Shown in pieces: positions 1 through 13,615 of a DNA stretch of 64,000 nucleotides (its first letter is position 1; each line of letters begins with the position of its first letter). The notes below the pieces were generated by a model. It ran no database searches. It was given only the letters and a program-made list of their open reading frames with translations, and was not told where the DNA came from. A program made the position numbers and the translations under genes. The DNA is from Chara braunii (taxonomy: Eukaryota > Plantae > Charophyceae). The stretch lies in assembly GCA_003427395.1 (NCBI GenBank), contig BFEA01000020.1, forward strand, positions 3,467,840 to 3,531,839. The letters are read 5' to 3'.

Positions 1-19
1 ACAATAACAGCCGAAAAGA

Positions 20-22
<3 letters not shown>

Positions 23-78
<56 letters not shown>

Positions 79-208
79 CGTGCGGGCACGCTCTCTATCG
101 ATCGATCAATCATGGTAGCAAGACATGCCACCTCGATCAAATTGCCAGAGAGGGAGAGATTAGATATGCTTCTTCTCCCAAATGCCACGACGATCAATCG
201 CACAGATG

Positions 209-264
<56 letters not shown>

Positions 265-541
265 CCCCCCCCCCCCCCCCCCCCCGCACCCCCTCTTTCA
301 AAGCGTCTTCAGATCGTGCACGTGCATGTTAATGAACCATTTCGCACGTTTATATGTGTTTCCAGCACCGAGAGCAAAAGCACAGAAATTACAAATGCGG
401 ACAGGAGCGATAAAAAGGAAAAACATCGCAAGTAAACAACCTTTTTCTCTCTCTCTCTTCCCGCCCCCCAAGTCCCCGCCCACCGCGTCTCAGTTAGTCA
501 AGACAGATTCACATGACCTAGGACGAAGAAGCGCTTTCACT

Positions 542-622
<81 letters not shown>

Positions 623-636
623 TCTCTCTCTCTCTC
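23..636. repeat. Cluster of (CT)n microsatellites (23-75, ~210-262 plus poly-C, ~547-636)
   Basis: Directly visible dinucleotide runs. They explain the SLSLSL/ERERER junk ORFs. Confidence 0.97.
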
Positions 637-2117
637 AGAGTATGTCTTCATGCGTGCTGAAAGGACCGGCCTAGCAACGGAATCGAAAAGCCGAGATCGC
701 TCTCTCTCGATCGATCGATCGATCGCGCACTTATGCTTTGGCGATGGTTTGTCTTTTCTCGACGCACCTCCCCCAGGCATGCCTCCCTCAACTTCGCCAC
801 CTTCACGGGGGTTCATCTCAGCAAACAACATTTGCAGTATGATTACTGGGCGTTACGTTCTATTTCGAGTCGGCGTTGGACTTGATTTCGAGCGGGAGGG
901 GCGCCTAGCGCACGCGCGGTGACACAACGGTGCTGGGCCAGGCCCCGTCACGGGCTGACGGGGAAGATGGCCCGACCTTCCACACAGGTGGGAGGTTCCA
1001 CGTTTGACTCCATACCCGCCACGAGGGACGACACGTGGCAACAGGGGAAGGGAAGCCGATACTAACGGCTGACAGGGGAGTCAAAGTGGAGCGAGCCGTG
1101 GGGGATCCAAAGTGTGCGACGGCGGATTCGGGAAACAAAGTCCAGGACCACGGGAGCAGTCTGGCGAGCGGAAGTTGGCAAGAAGAGTACGGCCAGATCC
1201 GAGCAGGTGGCAGGTAGGACCCACAGCAGGCGGACACGTGGCACATCCCGAACAACAGAGGAGAGAAACGACAATCTACGACCGACTGGAAGGGTTCAAC
1301 GGCTGATGGCGAGAAGGGGGGGCGAGAAAATAGCAACGTCCTTGAGACCAGGGTAGGGTCAAATAGGCGGCCCCGCAAGCCCGACACACGCTGGCCGGCG
1401 GGAAGGCAGGCAGCAGAGCTACCGAGCCGGGACGGTGCGCGGATGAAGATCTCGATCGGAGGGGGAGGAGTCTGAGCAGGAGATCGGCACCAACGGCGAG
1501 GAGGTGGCTGCACTCCGGCTGACGGGGTGGGATAAGAACCTCGGCGGTGTGCGGGAAGGAAACTCGCCGAACAGAAGGACACGCGGCAAGCGGACAAGAG
1601 ACACACGACGAATAGCAGTGGAGCGAAACAAGCAGCGGCGAAAACACCAACGTCATAGCATGCTGGGCAGGATCAAGCGGGCAGCGCCGACAGAACTCGA
1701 GGAGACTGGGATAAGTGGAGACAGGTAGAGACTATTACAACCGGCGAGGGAAGGATCAGAAAGGATCGGCGGGAGATAAAAGGTTCAGGGACAAGCAGTA
1801 GACGAGGTGCAACAGAGGAGGGACCCGCGGCAACGACAAGGGAACAGGAAGGCGGAGGCAATCAACCGTGGAAAGCTGGTATATCCCCCCCCCCCCCTCC
1901 TCAGCCTGCNCCCTACCCCCCTCAGCCTGCACCCNACCCCCNNCAGCCTACGTCCCNCCCCCCCACCCGGGNNCCCCTCCAAGCCAGCTCAAGTCAAAAA
2001 ACAAAAACAAAACAATAAAGCAAAAAAAAAAACACAAACACAATCAACACCAACCCAGACAAGGAGAAGAGAAAAAGCATTCCCGCAATCAACAGCACCA
2101 CACCGCACACACACAAA

Positions 2118-3608
2118 ATGGTGACACGCGACAAGAGGGTTGGGGGTGCCCGTTCCTTGATATACCATCGAGGGGCCATGAGACACATCCTGAGCAAACA
2201 CCACACATCAAACCCGTATGAGAGACCCAACAAAATACTCACCCCCCGATCAATTGAACGGAAGGGCGACCCCCCACCCCGGGAGACCATGGAACTGGAT
2301 CAGCACCAATGGCCTCCCCTGCCAAGTAACCAGTGCAGGAGTGCAGAAACGCAATCTGAAAACACACCCAAAAGCACAGTGATGGACGAGTCAACCCAAG
2401 CATCCGAAAAAGAGGAAAGGGGCGCTACGCAAGAAGGAACCTTCCCAAACAAGGATCTGATCATGGGCATAGAAGGAGCGGATGAAGGAGGCGAGGAGGG
2501 GAGGGAGGGAGAGGCCCCGCCCGAAAAGGAAAGGAAGGCGGAAAACTCTGACGGGAAGGAGAAGGCTGAGGGCTCAGATAGGAAGGATGACTCTTGGGCA
2601 CAAAGGGTCCGAACCACGATCCAAGGGAAAACCCTCACTGTCAAAAGGTCAGTCGGGCGAGGGCCAAGGAGGGACTAATGAACTGACCATTCCCCTCCGC
2701 AATCTCTCGTCGGCTAGACGTACTTCCTCACCCTATTCCTCCTCCCCTCGGAAAACCAATTGGTAGACCAAGGAGGCAGGAAGACAATGGTGAAGACGTA
2801 CCCCGCCAACAAGCTGGAGGAGAGAGACAAAGTACACACCAAGCACGCGAGCAACTGGCTTTTTCACGGGGAGGTCGCCCAGAAGTCGGTCAACGATAAG
2901 ATAAGGTGGATCTGTAAAAGGTTGGAAGAAATGAAAGGCAGTACGGAGGCGGTTCAGGAATTTTTTCTGATCCAGCCTCTCTCCTCTACAGTCTTCACAG
3001 TTATCAGCCTGTTCACAGAAGACAAACAAAGGATGGATGGATGGAAGACAATCAGGTGGGACAGATCGGATGTTCGGATATACCCATGGCAACCCAAGAA
3101 ACTGACCCCGGAGGAGAAACGAGAACAACTTATGGACTACTTCTGGGTGGAACTATGGCACATCCCGATCGAGGTACAGGCCGCCTTCGTCTACGATTTC
3201 GGACAGGTGTACAACATCGTTGACTTTATTGATCCCCTCCCCTCCTTTGTGGCAAAGAGGGATGATTACATGATGTTGGCGCTAGATATCTCGAAGGACC
3301 AACCGTTTTCAATAGACGACATCATCCCTTATAGGATGGGAGGGAAGACATATCAGATCCACACAGCGCACAAGTTCAGGCCCTGGTGTTTCAAATGTCG
3401 GGCATACGGACACCTGTGCACGGAGTCGGCCTGCCCGCACCATCCCAATAAGAAAACGCCAACGGCAGGACGCCTCCAACGGGACCAGCACAAACCCAAC
3501 AGGTGGCACACTCTCGACCCGGGCCACAAGGGGTGGGTGTTCCTGGAGGACCGGGACTCCAAGGGTCATATGAAAGGCTGGGTCTGGGAAGGCCGCGGAG
3601 ACGTATGA
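2118..3608 (+). pseudogene. LINE ORF1 (nucleic-acid-binding protein with CCHC zinc knuckle), frameshifted
   Basis: ORF 2760-3608 contains FWVELWHIP and WCFKCRAYGHLCTESAC (CX2CX4H...C), typical of plant L1 ORF1. The N-terminal part is in ORF 2118-2678. Confidence 0.8.
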
Positions 3609-5269
3609 TGGGCCACCCGTCCGCCCAATGACTGGACCCTGCCAGCCCCAAAAGTGATAACAAAGCCGGACAAGAGCCCACCCTCTCCTGAGGGGCGGGA
3701 GAAAAAGGCACCAGAACCGAAGTCGTGCCCCGCCCCGCAGGCACAGAACAAACACCCGTGCAAGCCACCCAACAACAATATGCAACCCAAAAAATTGGAC
3801 CTCGCACCGGCACCATCACAATATCTGCCAGCTGGAGACCAACCAGCGGACCGGTCCACGCGTGGGGTGCAGCAGAGGGAGTGGAGGCCAAGAGCCAAGG
3901 ATACAGATCAACCGAGGGCACACGCTGAGGCACAGGGGGACCATGGTGATACCACACCGGAGGGCCGGGGGGAAAGGGACTGTTTCAAAGACGCCTTTGG
4001 CCCATCACCAATGGAGGTGGAACCAATCCCGGCGCCCCGCTCCCCCCCACCCCCCCGACTGCCCCCCCGGACGTCGAGATGGCAGACGCCCACCCTCAAC
4101 AAGAGAGCCGTTCACCTGAACTGACCCTTCAGACTGTCGCAGACTGGCTGATGGGGAGAGCCTACACGCGAGATATACACAGGGCAACGACGATTTCTGG
4201 GATAGTGTGTACAGGGCGTTAATCCCAATGTTGTAGAGCAGCGACAGCCTCCAGCAAGCCTTGCTGCAGGGTCTCCCTGAGGGGGCAGACTGGCAAAATA
4301 TATGCCAAGAATTGCTCAGTATCGTGCTCAATCTGTTTCACCCACCATCCACAGAACAGGAAGTAAGGGCTGAAAACAGAACAGAGGTGGCGAGGGATGA
4401 AGAGATCACCACACAATTGAAAGGAGCTTGTTCTGGGGGGGAGAACGAGATTAACAAGGGGCAACCCCCAGAGCCTCAACCAAGGCAAAAGTCACAAGGG
4501 GAGGGGGACGGGACGCAGGGCTGACAAAATAGGACTGAGGGGCAGCCTTACGAGACAGTGAAGGACAAGAAAGAAGGGGCAGTGGTGGAAGAAGCGGAGG
4601 CGGGGACAGGGACAAAGATAGAGGAAAACAGGGCCGCAGGCACTACCCGCGTGGACGGCGGGTCCCCCCCACAACCCTCCAAGCCAGACCCCCCACCCCC
4701 CCCCTAAGCTCCCCGAAGACGAACTTACCAGTAAGAGACAAAAAGTCTCCCACCTCCTGGAAAAATCACCGACTGAAGGATCCCCCTCGACGAAGGGGGT
4801 CGTGTTTTTGCCAGTAAGAAAAAAGGAAGGGAGCTCGGAGTTGGGCCTGATCGCGCCCGCAGGGGCAACACACGCTGATGTTTCAATGGGAGGGAGATCC
4901 TCCCTTTTTCTGTCCCTCACATCCTAGGCTGACAGCCTGACATTATGAAAGGCTGACATACTGCAACTGGTGCAGGATCAGCTTCCGGAGGGAGCCTCCG
5001 CGCCCTCGTCATGTCATATGGCCAGCACGGCCTGACAACCAAGGACATCTACCTGCAATACACGCTCACACACACAGAGGGCCTACGGTGGTTCAATCAG
5101 GATGCCCTCAGGAACCTACAACTGCTAAAAATCAAAGCAGGAGATCTTTGGGTCATCGCGGATATCTGTTCCTTCTTAGTGAAGCTGCTACGGAGCGGCA
5201 CCCTGCAAAACGGCGGCCCCTTGGACACAGCGAAGTGGCTCCCCATTTGAAACGCAACCCAACCTGCTG

Positions 5270-8200
5270 ATGAATCCAGTGGACGCACTGTACGGCAGGG
5301 ACAGGGCGTGGAAGGCCTGCAAACGACATGCCAACCTCGACCTGCACTCATTAAACGTCAATGGCCTGGCTTCAACTAACCAATCCAAAAGACAGGCAAT
5401 CTTCGATCAGCTCAAAGGGGTGGAAGGCAGGCAATGGCCGGATGTGGTGTGCTTGCAGGAAACCCACCTCTTGAACAATCCAGACCACAAACACATACAC
5501 AAAGGGCTTTGGCCCCACCAAGCCTTCAGCGCCCACGCCCCCCGGTCGAGGAGCGCAGGAGTCGCCATTTGGCTCCCCCCCAACACACGGGTTGAAATGC
5601 TTAACTGGGCAGCTGATCAAGAGGACGGCCGGTGGGTTTACCTGTTGGCCATGCTGGAATTAGAAGCGGTATGTATACTGAATAACCGACGAGGTCTCGG
5701 ATTGACCTCATTCTAAGCTCAGACGAAATACAAGGCGCCCTCCAAATCGCAGACATCTTCCCACGCAGCCCATACCCCGGCCTGGACCGCGCAATGTGTG
5801 TCGCTATCTTTTCGTTCCGAAAGAAACCAGACCAATGGACGGGCTTCTACAAACTAAACACCTCTCTATTGACGATCGACCAATTCAAAGTCTACCTCAA
5901 AAACGTATGGTCCTTCTGGCAAGCCCAGAGAGACCAAATCAACGATGACATCGTATGGTTCAATAACGGTCTCGCATTTCTAGGTCGCAAGTGCAATGAT
6001 TACTCAAAACTCCTCACCGGTCGACGCCATGCCGAGGAGGCGAATCTCTTACACGAATTACAACAACTGCAACAACAAGAGGAGGCTGCAATAAACACAA
6101 CAGAGCAACACGAGATCACCAATAGCATCCACAACCTGGAAACCCGCCTGTTAGGACACATGGAACATCGCTAGCAGGGCGCTAGAATCCGGGGCAAACT
6201 CTTTAGACACAACACGGAGGGGGCCATGGACGCGCGGTTTTTTACGATGGCCAGAGCTAAGGCAGGACGAACAGTAATTGAGGCCCTGGAGGACCCCAAA
6301 AGCCACCAAGGCCCATTGCATACATCCACAACAACCTGCACCCGAATAGCGAGGGATTTCTACCAAGACCTCTTCACGTCAGAATGCGGTAATATCCCGA
6401 ACGATCTACAAATAAAAGAAATCGAGGAATTCCCTATCCCACTGGACAAGGCCTTACACGAACAACAACGCGACATATTGGAAGAGCCCCTGTCCAAAGA
6501 GGAAATATGGACAGCCCTACACCAGATGGAGGAAGAAAAGACACCGGGAATAGATGGGCTGCCCAAGGAATTCTGGGCGGCCATGTGGCCAGTCATCTCC
6601 CAAGATCTCTTGGACTTTTACCGGGCGGTCTGGGCAACGGGGCAGACAGGAGAAATAGTGAGTCAGCGCGTACTCACACTCTTATACAAGAAAGGGGCAA
6701 GGACTAACATCCGGAAATACAGGCCTATCACCCTGTTAACGGTCGTGTACAAATTAATGGCCAAGGCCCTGGCCAATCAAATGTCGTCAGTCATGCCCGT
6801 CATCATACACCCTGACCAGACTGGCTTCATCCAAGGAAGGAACATCCAGGACAACGTCCTCCTGGTCAATGAAGTAATCAAGCTAACAAGGCAGTCAAAG
6901 AATAATGCGGCAATCATCTTCATCGACTTTGAGAAGGCATATGACCATGTGGACTGGTCATTCCTCGATAAATGCCTGGAAAAACTTAACTTCGGACCGG
7001 TCTTCAGGCGTTAGGTGAGGATCCTTCACACCAATGCGACAACAAGAGTCATGGTAAACGGTAACCTGGCCCCTCCCATTGGGCTCCAACGGTCAGTCCG
7101 ACAAGGCGATCCCCTATCTCCATACCTCTTCGTCATAGTCATGGAGGCACTCGCAGCCAACCTAAGAAAACACAAGAACATCCGTAGAATACAAGTGTCC
7201 TCAATACCACGGGAGGCGATTCCAGTCTGCTCGCTATTCGCCGACGATCTTACACTAATGGTAGAAGCTTCCCAAGAATCGATGGTTGAAGTCCAACGTA
7301 TGATGGACCGCTTTTGTAGACTGGCCGATATGAGGGTCAACTGGGGCAACAAAACCCAAGGCTGGTGGATTCACCACCAAGGGGTGAGACCCCCGGAAGA
7401 ACCCAAAGTCAAATGCCTCCCTCAAGAGACCCCAATCAGAGTACTGGGGGTGCTCATGTCAGCAGTGGGAAGGCCGGCTACAAATAATGAATGGATCTCT
7501 GGCCCCCCACAGGAAAAAATGTCCCTTTGGAAAAATAAACACACCTCGCTGATCGGGCGCTCCCTATTAATAAATAACGTGATCCTCGCCTCCTTGTGGT
7601 ACAAATCTGCTATCTCTGCCTTGGACAAGAATGCCCTGCGCCCTTTGACGAAACAGATAGCCGCCTTCCTGTGGAGGGAAGACCACGAGCAGCCAAATGT
7701 AATCAGCAGAGTGGCGTGGCAGACCATAATCCAACCTAAAGACAAAGGGGGCTTGGGCATAATTGACCTTGCGTTGCAAACAAAGGCAATGGCACTGCAG
7801 TGGCTCAAACGTCTGCTTTTCAATCAAGACACCCCGTGGAAGGGTCTCGCACTGGAACAAATCTCCCGTCTAGCGCCACAAACAGCGGCGGGGATCGACC
7901 CGTTGACATGGCTGGAAAACCGGGGATGGCCCATCCCGCGGAGAGGAGTGCAACGGCCACATGGCCATCCCTCCCATGCCTCCTCCAGACAAGCAGCAAG
8001 GGAGGACCTACGGAACGACCCGTTCTGGCCAGACCTCCTGAAAACCTGGAGGAGCCCGCCCCTACCAGACAAAACTCCACAAGAAAGGTGGGAGGAGGTG
8101 GCACGGCAACCGCTGTTTGGGAACAGATGGATAACAGACTCACAAGGGCAAACCCTTCATTGCATGGACTCCCTGTGGCGCGGTTGGGTTCGATGGGGGG

Positions 8201-8790
8201 TGATCAGGATCCGGGACATTTGGGACAAGGAACAAAGCAACTGGATCTCACCACCGGAGGAGTTAAGAAAAAGACTACGTTATTGTCATCGCCCGGAGGC
8301 GGCCTTGGACACCTTGATCGAAAGGATCCCCCTGGCCTGGTGGAGGATCCTAAGCAAAGGCCCAACCCTCCGCGAATCAGACTGGGTAGCATTGCCAGGT
8401 TACCCAAACCAGGTGGGCAACATAATGTCCTGTGCATCGGACGGGTCCCTTAGTGTCAATCTGTTCCGGGTCGGCTGGAACCACACTCTTCAAAAGGCAG
8501 AGCCAGACGAAACAATCCAGGAGAACATGTGTATAGAATCAGAATACTCCAGGACAATGAGCAAATGGTGGCCTATCACCCTCAAACCCCGATCCACCTT
8601 CTTGCTCTAGACCCTGCGGAATGGTCATGGACAACAGCAACAGGAAAGGGCAAGAAATTTACAAAAACGTTGTACAGCCTCACAGTTAAATCAACGTACA
8701 GACTCTTGCGGCCGAGAATCAACCTTCGGGATCGAGTGGAGGCGCGGTGGATGAACCATTTAAACATCGATAGGAACAAGCTGAGGTCAG
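5270..8790 (+). pseudogene. LINE ORF2: APE endonuclease + reverse transcriptase, with stops and deletions. The C-terminal zf-RVT is missing.
   Basis: EN motifs SLNVNGL, VVCLQETH; KLNTSLL; RT motifs KTPGIDGLP, YRPITLL, QTGFIQGR, IDFEKAYDHVDW, RQGDPLSPYLF, LFADDL, PKDKGGLGI. In-frame stops at ~6172 and ~7012. Confidence 0.95.
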
Positions 8791-9373
8791 GGAGAGAGGG
8801 TTCTAGTGAGGGATTACCGGCTCCTTTTTCATGATTGGACCAAGATTGATTCAGTTATCCCCCTGAGGCCTAGCGACGACTTCCCCGACCCCTTCCCCCC
8901 CCCTTCCAACTGCTTGGTGGGTATGGATTGGTACGGGGTGGACGTGTGAGAACTGCTCATTGGTGTTAGAACAGCCCTCCCTGCAAGGACTTCACTTGCC
9001 AAGTCCCCTCCCAAACTGCGAAAGATGTACTTAATGGAGGGTAGGATATACAGCAGGAGGCACATAGCGGCGTCCCAGCCGAAAGGGCAATAGCACAGGC
9101 AAAGCTTTTTCGCAGTTACCAGTCAACAGGACAGCGAGGCATTTATGGGAAGGTAGGGGGAGGGAGGTACTAGGATTTAGCAGGGAGAATCTGGCGCCTG
9201 ATCTTAGGTGAAGAGGTCCCTCCCCCCTCCGCCCTCCCCCCTGGATGCCAGGGCAATCAATTCTGGCAGGAACTTCTCAGTATGTCTTTTCCTCATCTGT
9301 TTATGGGATGCTGGACCCGTTTTCCAGCAGGTGACGCTCCCCACCAATAGATGGAGTCTCTCCCCGGATCGGG

Positions 9374-9621
9374 ACCTGCCATCCGATCTGAACATCTCAC
9401 GGCCCACTGCGCCCGCGTTGAAAAATACTCGAAAGGGAGACTAAACCCCCGCTACTGGGACTTGCCCCCACGGCCCAGTGTGGCCACGTTTCAAATAGTT
9501 TTTCAACGTGGCCACACTGGGCCAAGGGGGCAAGTTCCAGTAGCGGGGGTTTAGTCTCCCTTTCGAGTATTTTTCAATGCGGCCGCAGTGGGCCGTGAGA
9601 TGTTCAGATCGGATGGCAGGT
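9374..9621. repeat. Long near-perfect inverted repeat (hairpin, arms ~120 bp)
   Basis: ACCTGCCATCCGATCTGAACATCTCACGGCCCACTGCG...GTGGCCACGTT is mirrored by AACGTGGCCAC...CGCAGTGGGCCGTGAGATGTTCAGATCGGATGGCAGGT. Centre ~9497. Confidence 0.95.
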
Positions 9622-11083
9622 ACCGGTGCCTGCTCGAAATCAAGCCCGCTGCTACTGGAACTTCGCCCCGAATGACCGATGCATCTGGCAAGTCTCTGCG
9701 GGAACGTGCGCCCGTGCTTTCACCATTTGGACAGTAGGGTGGCCAGGCTCTTAGTTGTGGCCGAGGAAAAGGAAACGCACCAACGGGCCTCGCTCCTCAA
9801 CTCGTAACCTAAATGTGAATATTTTTTGTCTTTTGTGGATTTGGTGAGTAGCGGAGGCAGGCCCCCTATATGGGAAAAGAAAAAGAAAACGCATAATGTG
9901 GTCAATTGATACCTGTACCCCGGCCACCCCGACGCCTTCCTTTTTTTTTTTTTTTTTTTCCCCCCTCTTGTTCTCTTTCGTTTTAATGCGGACACCCCCT
10001 CCCTTTTAAGGGGGTCAATTATTAATAGCGGAACACCTAATAGCCCGAAGGTCAAGCCACAACAAATGACCCTATACCCAAGCCACTCCGATATACCTGC
10101 CCTTTCATTTTTTGTTTTTTGTCCGGTAGTGCAGGCAGGTCACGAAGGCAGGTGCATCGTGTAGGTTTCCTTCCCCTTCCCCCCTCCCCCCGCCTGAACG
10201 GAGTTCAAATCCAGATGGCCCGCTACGTTTCCTTTACTCTGTCCCCCGGCAGCGATGCCTCTGCTTTGAACATTTTGCAGCTAAGCCACTCACTCGGCCT
10301 CCGGATTCGAACTCGGCTCCGCTATTCAAAAGTTTGCGGGTGTACAGATTCATCTGGCCTTCCAAACGAAACCACAAAAACGAAAAGAAACAAAACAAAA
10401 CAAAAAAGAACAAAAGAACAAAAAGAACAACGAAACGATACGAAAACCAACGATCGGAGGCACATTGCACGCCCAAGATCTTTTCACGGCGTGTACGGCG
10501 CGTCAGAGTTTACATCCAACGCCTCACAATCGTTCATCGCATGGCCAACCGTGATCAGAGGAAAAACGCAACGTGGCGACCATACAGAGTGTGGCGGACA
10601 TCCAAACGCAAAAAACAGCCGCCAGATGAAAATCCGCCTACATCCGACAACAAAAATCTCACAATTCAGACCACGCACGCACCCCGCGGCCGAAAAACTT
10701 TCTTGTTGAGAGATATGCTTGTGCGTGAGCAAGTGCATGTATGTGTGTGTGTGAGACTCCGTTCAGAGGGCCGAGATGGTGTCATTGAGGATAGGCAGGG
10801 GGCGGGCTGAGATGCTTGTGATTGAGAATTCGCCGAGAGGAGCTGTTGGAAGTCCCCTTCATGTATAAGTGTGCCACTGTTGTAAAGCAGGTCTTGTAAT
10901 GTATGAATGAAGTAATCCACATCCAATCGGCTTGGTAATTGCAGTTCGCCTGCGGGAGTTGTCAAGGTGTGTCGTCATGTGAGCAGTAATGATCGGCGTG
11001 CATCTTGGAGCATTTCCTGGAAGGCAAAAGCCACAGAAGAAACCGAGCAGCACGTGTCAAAATAGCGATCTAGACAGTGCGAC

Positions 11084-11168
<85 letters not shown>

Positions 11169-11740
11169 NNNNNNNNNNNNNNNNNNNNNNNNNNNNNNNN
11201 NNNNNNNNNNNNNNNNNNNNNNNNNNNNNNNNNNNNNNNNNNNNNNNNNNNNNNNNNNNNNNNNNNNNNNNNNNNNNNNNNNNNNNNNNNNNNNNNNNNN
11301 NNNNNNNNNNNNNNNNNNNNNNNNNNNNNNNNNNNNNNNNNNNNNNNNNNNNNNNNNNNNNNNNNNNNNNNNNNNNNNNNNNNNNNNNNNNNNNNNNNNN
11401 NNNNNNNNNNNNNNNNNNNNNNNNNNNNNNNNNNNNNNNNNNNNNNNNNNNNNNNNNNNNNNNNNNNNNNNNNNNNNNNNNNNNNNNNNNNNNNNNNNNN
11501 NNNNNNNNNNNNNNNNNNNNNNNNNNNNNNNNNNNNNNNNNNNNNNNNNNNNNNNNNNNNNNNNNNNNNNNNNNNNNNNNNNNNNNNNNNNNNNNNNNNN
11601 NNNNNNNNNNNNNNNNNNNNNNNNNNNNNNNNNNNNNNNNNNNNNNNNNNNNNNNNNNNNNNNNNNNNNNNNNNNNNNNNNNNNNNNNNNNNNNNNNNNN
11701 NNNNNNNNNNNNNNNNNNNNNNNNNNNNNNNNNNNNNNNN
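11169..11740. other. Assembly gap (N run)
   Basis: Run of N preceded by (CT)n. Confidence 1.
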
Positions 11741-12055
11741 CCTCTCTGTTTCAATTGGACGGACATAGAAGAGATTACCACCATCCTGCACGGATTACAC
11801 TCTTCATTCTCCTCACGCCCTTCCCCCTCTACACGATACTGCACGGATTACCCTAATCATTCTCCTCACACTCTTCCTCCTCTACATGCTCTTCTTCGTG
11901 CTCACGCCTTCAAGCACCAGTTTGTCAATCAATTGGACTGTCCCCCCCCGCTCTCCCCCTCCTCTCTGTTTCAATTGGACGGACATAGAAGAGATTACCA
12001 CCATCCTGCACGGATTACACTCTTCATTCTCCTCACGCCCTTCCCCCTCTACACG
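11741..12055. repeat. 95-bp direct repeat (11741-11835 and 11961-12055)
   Basis: CCTCTCTGTTTCAATTGGACGGACATAGAAGAG...CCTCTACACG occurs twice, 220 bp apart, next to a gap. It may be a gap-edge artefact. Confidence 0.9.
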
Positions 12056-12118
12056 CTCTTCCAATCTATGTTCTACCTCTTCCTGATACTCTTTGTCCCA
12101 CTCATTTGCCTTCCTATG

Positions 12119-12204
<86 letters not shown>

Positions 12205-12219
12205 TGTGTAGCCTCTGTT

Positions 12220-13426
12220 CCCAACTTCTCCTATTTCCCGTCCTTCCATAGTGTGTTGAACTGTGTTCCCTTTCTTGGATTGAGTTCGCCAAAAGAACTA
12301 CATCCTCTCTCTCTCTCTCTCGCTCGCGCGCGCGCGCGCGTGATGGTGAGATCACAAAACAAAATGCGGCACTCTGTCCATTGGAAAACAAGAAAGACGA
12401 AAGAAGGGAGAAAGGAAGGAGGGAGGGCGGGAGCTTAGGGGAGAAAGAGGGAGGGAGGGCCGAGGGAGGATGAAGGGCCATGGGAGGAGGGAGGGAGGGT
12501 CAAGGGGGACGGGCGAAAGGAGGAAGGTGAGAGTGAGAAGTGAGTGCCGAGGGAAGGAAGGAGGGAGGTAGAAGTAAGAGCCAAGGAGGAAGGAGGGAGA
12601 TAGAAGTGAGGGTCGGAAGAAAGGAGAGGGGAGGAGTGAGAGACGAGGGAAGGAAGCACGGAGAGAGAAGTGAGTGCCGAAGGAAAAAAGAAGAAACGAA
12701 AGAAGACAAGGATCGTCCCCCTCCCCTCCCCCTCCTTTCTGTCGCTTCCTCCATCCCCGCTCCCCTCCCGAATTCGCTTCCCCCCACACTCCCCTTCCGC
12801 TCCCCTCACCCTCCGCTCACCTTCCGCCCCCGCTCCGCTCCATTACCCAGTCAGCCGTTGCCCCCTNNNNNNNNNNNNNNNNNNNNNNNNNNNNNNNNNN
12901 NNNNNNNNNNNNNNNNNNNNNNNNNNNNNNNNNNNNNNNNNNNNNNNNNNNNNNNNNNNNNNNNNNNNNNNNNNNNNNNNNNNNNNNNNNNNNNNNNNNN
13001 NNNNNNNNNNNNNNNNNNNNNNNNNNNNNNNNNNNNNNNNNNNNNNNNNNNNNNNNNNNNNNNNNNNNNNNNNNNNNNNNNNNNNNNNNNNNNNNNNNNN
13101 NNNNNNNNNNNNNNNNNNNNNNNNNNNNNNNNNNNNNNNNNNNNNNNNNNNNNNNNNNNNNNNNNNNNNNNNNNNNNNNNNNNNNNNNNNNNNNNNNNNN
13201 NNNNNNNNNNNNNNNNNNNNNNNNNNNNNNNNNNNNNNNNNNNNNNNNNNNNNNNNNNNNNNNNNNNNNNNNNNNNNNNNNNNNNNNNNNNNNNNNNNNN
13301 NNNNNNNNNNNNNNNNNNNNNNNNNNNNNNNNNNNNNNNNNNNNNNNNNNNNNNNNNNNNNNNNNNNNNNNNNNNNNNNNNNNNNNNNNNNNNNNNNNNN
13401 NNNNNNNNNNNNNNNNNNNNNNNNNN

Positions 13427-13475
<49 letters not shown>

Positions 13476-13576
13476 CCTCTCTTCCCCTCTCTCCCCCTTC
13501 TCCCTCCGTTACCAACTTCTGTCATTTCCCGTCCTACCTGACTGTCATCCCTTTCTTAGATTGAACTCACCAAAAG

Positions 13577-13615
<39 letters not shown>

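Larger units (their letters stand above)
2118..8790 (+). mobile_element. L1/Tx1-clade non-LTR retrotransposon (LINE), degenerate. UTRs probably extend to ~870 and ~9890.
   Basis: ORF1-like region with zinc knuckle followed by APE endonuclease and RT motifs in colinear order. Ends are not defined and no TSD was found. Confidence 0.92.

Noticed and set aside
76-922. ORFs rich in SLSLSL/ERERER/PPPP (also around 11-14 kb, 24.5 kb, 47 kb, 55.7 kb, 59.8 kb, 62.3-62.8 kb)
   Set aside because: Translations of microsatellites and N-gaps, with no protein motifs.
10810-11020. Minus-strand ORF LDVDYFIHTLQDLLYNSG... after a pyrimidine-rich AG
   Set aside because: No recognisable homology and not compatible with the IBR5 sequence. 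It cannot be supported as an exon.
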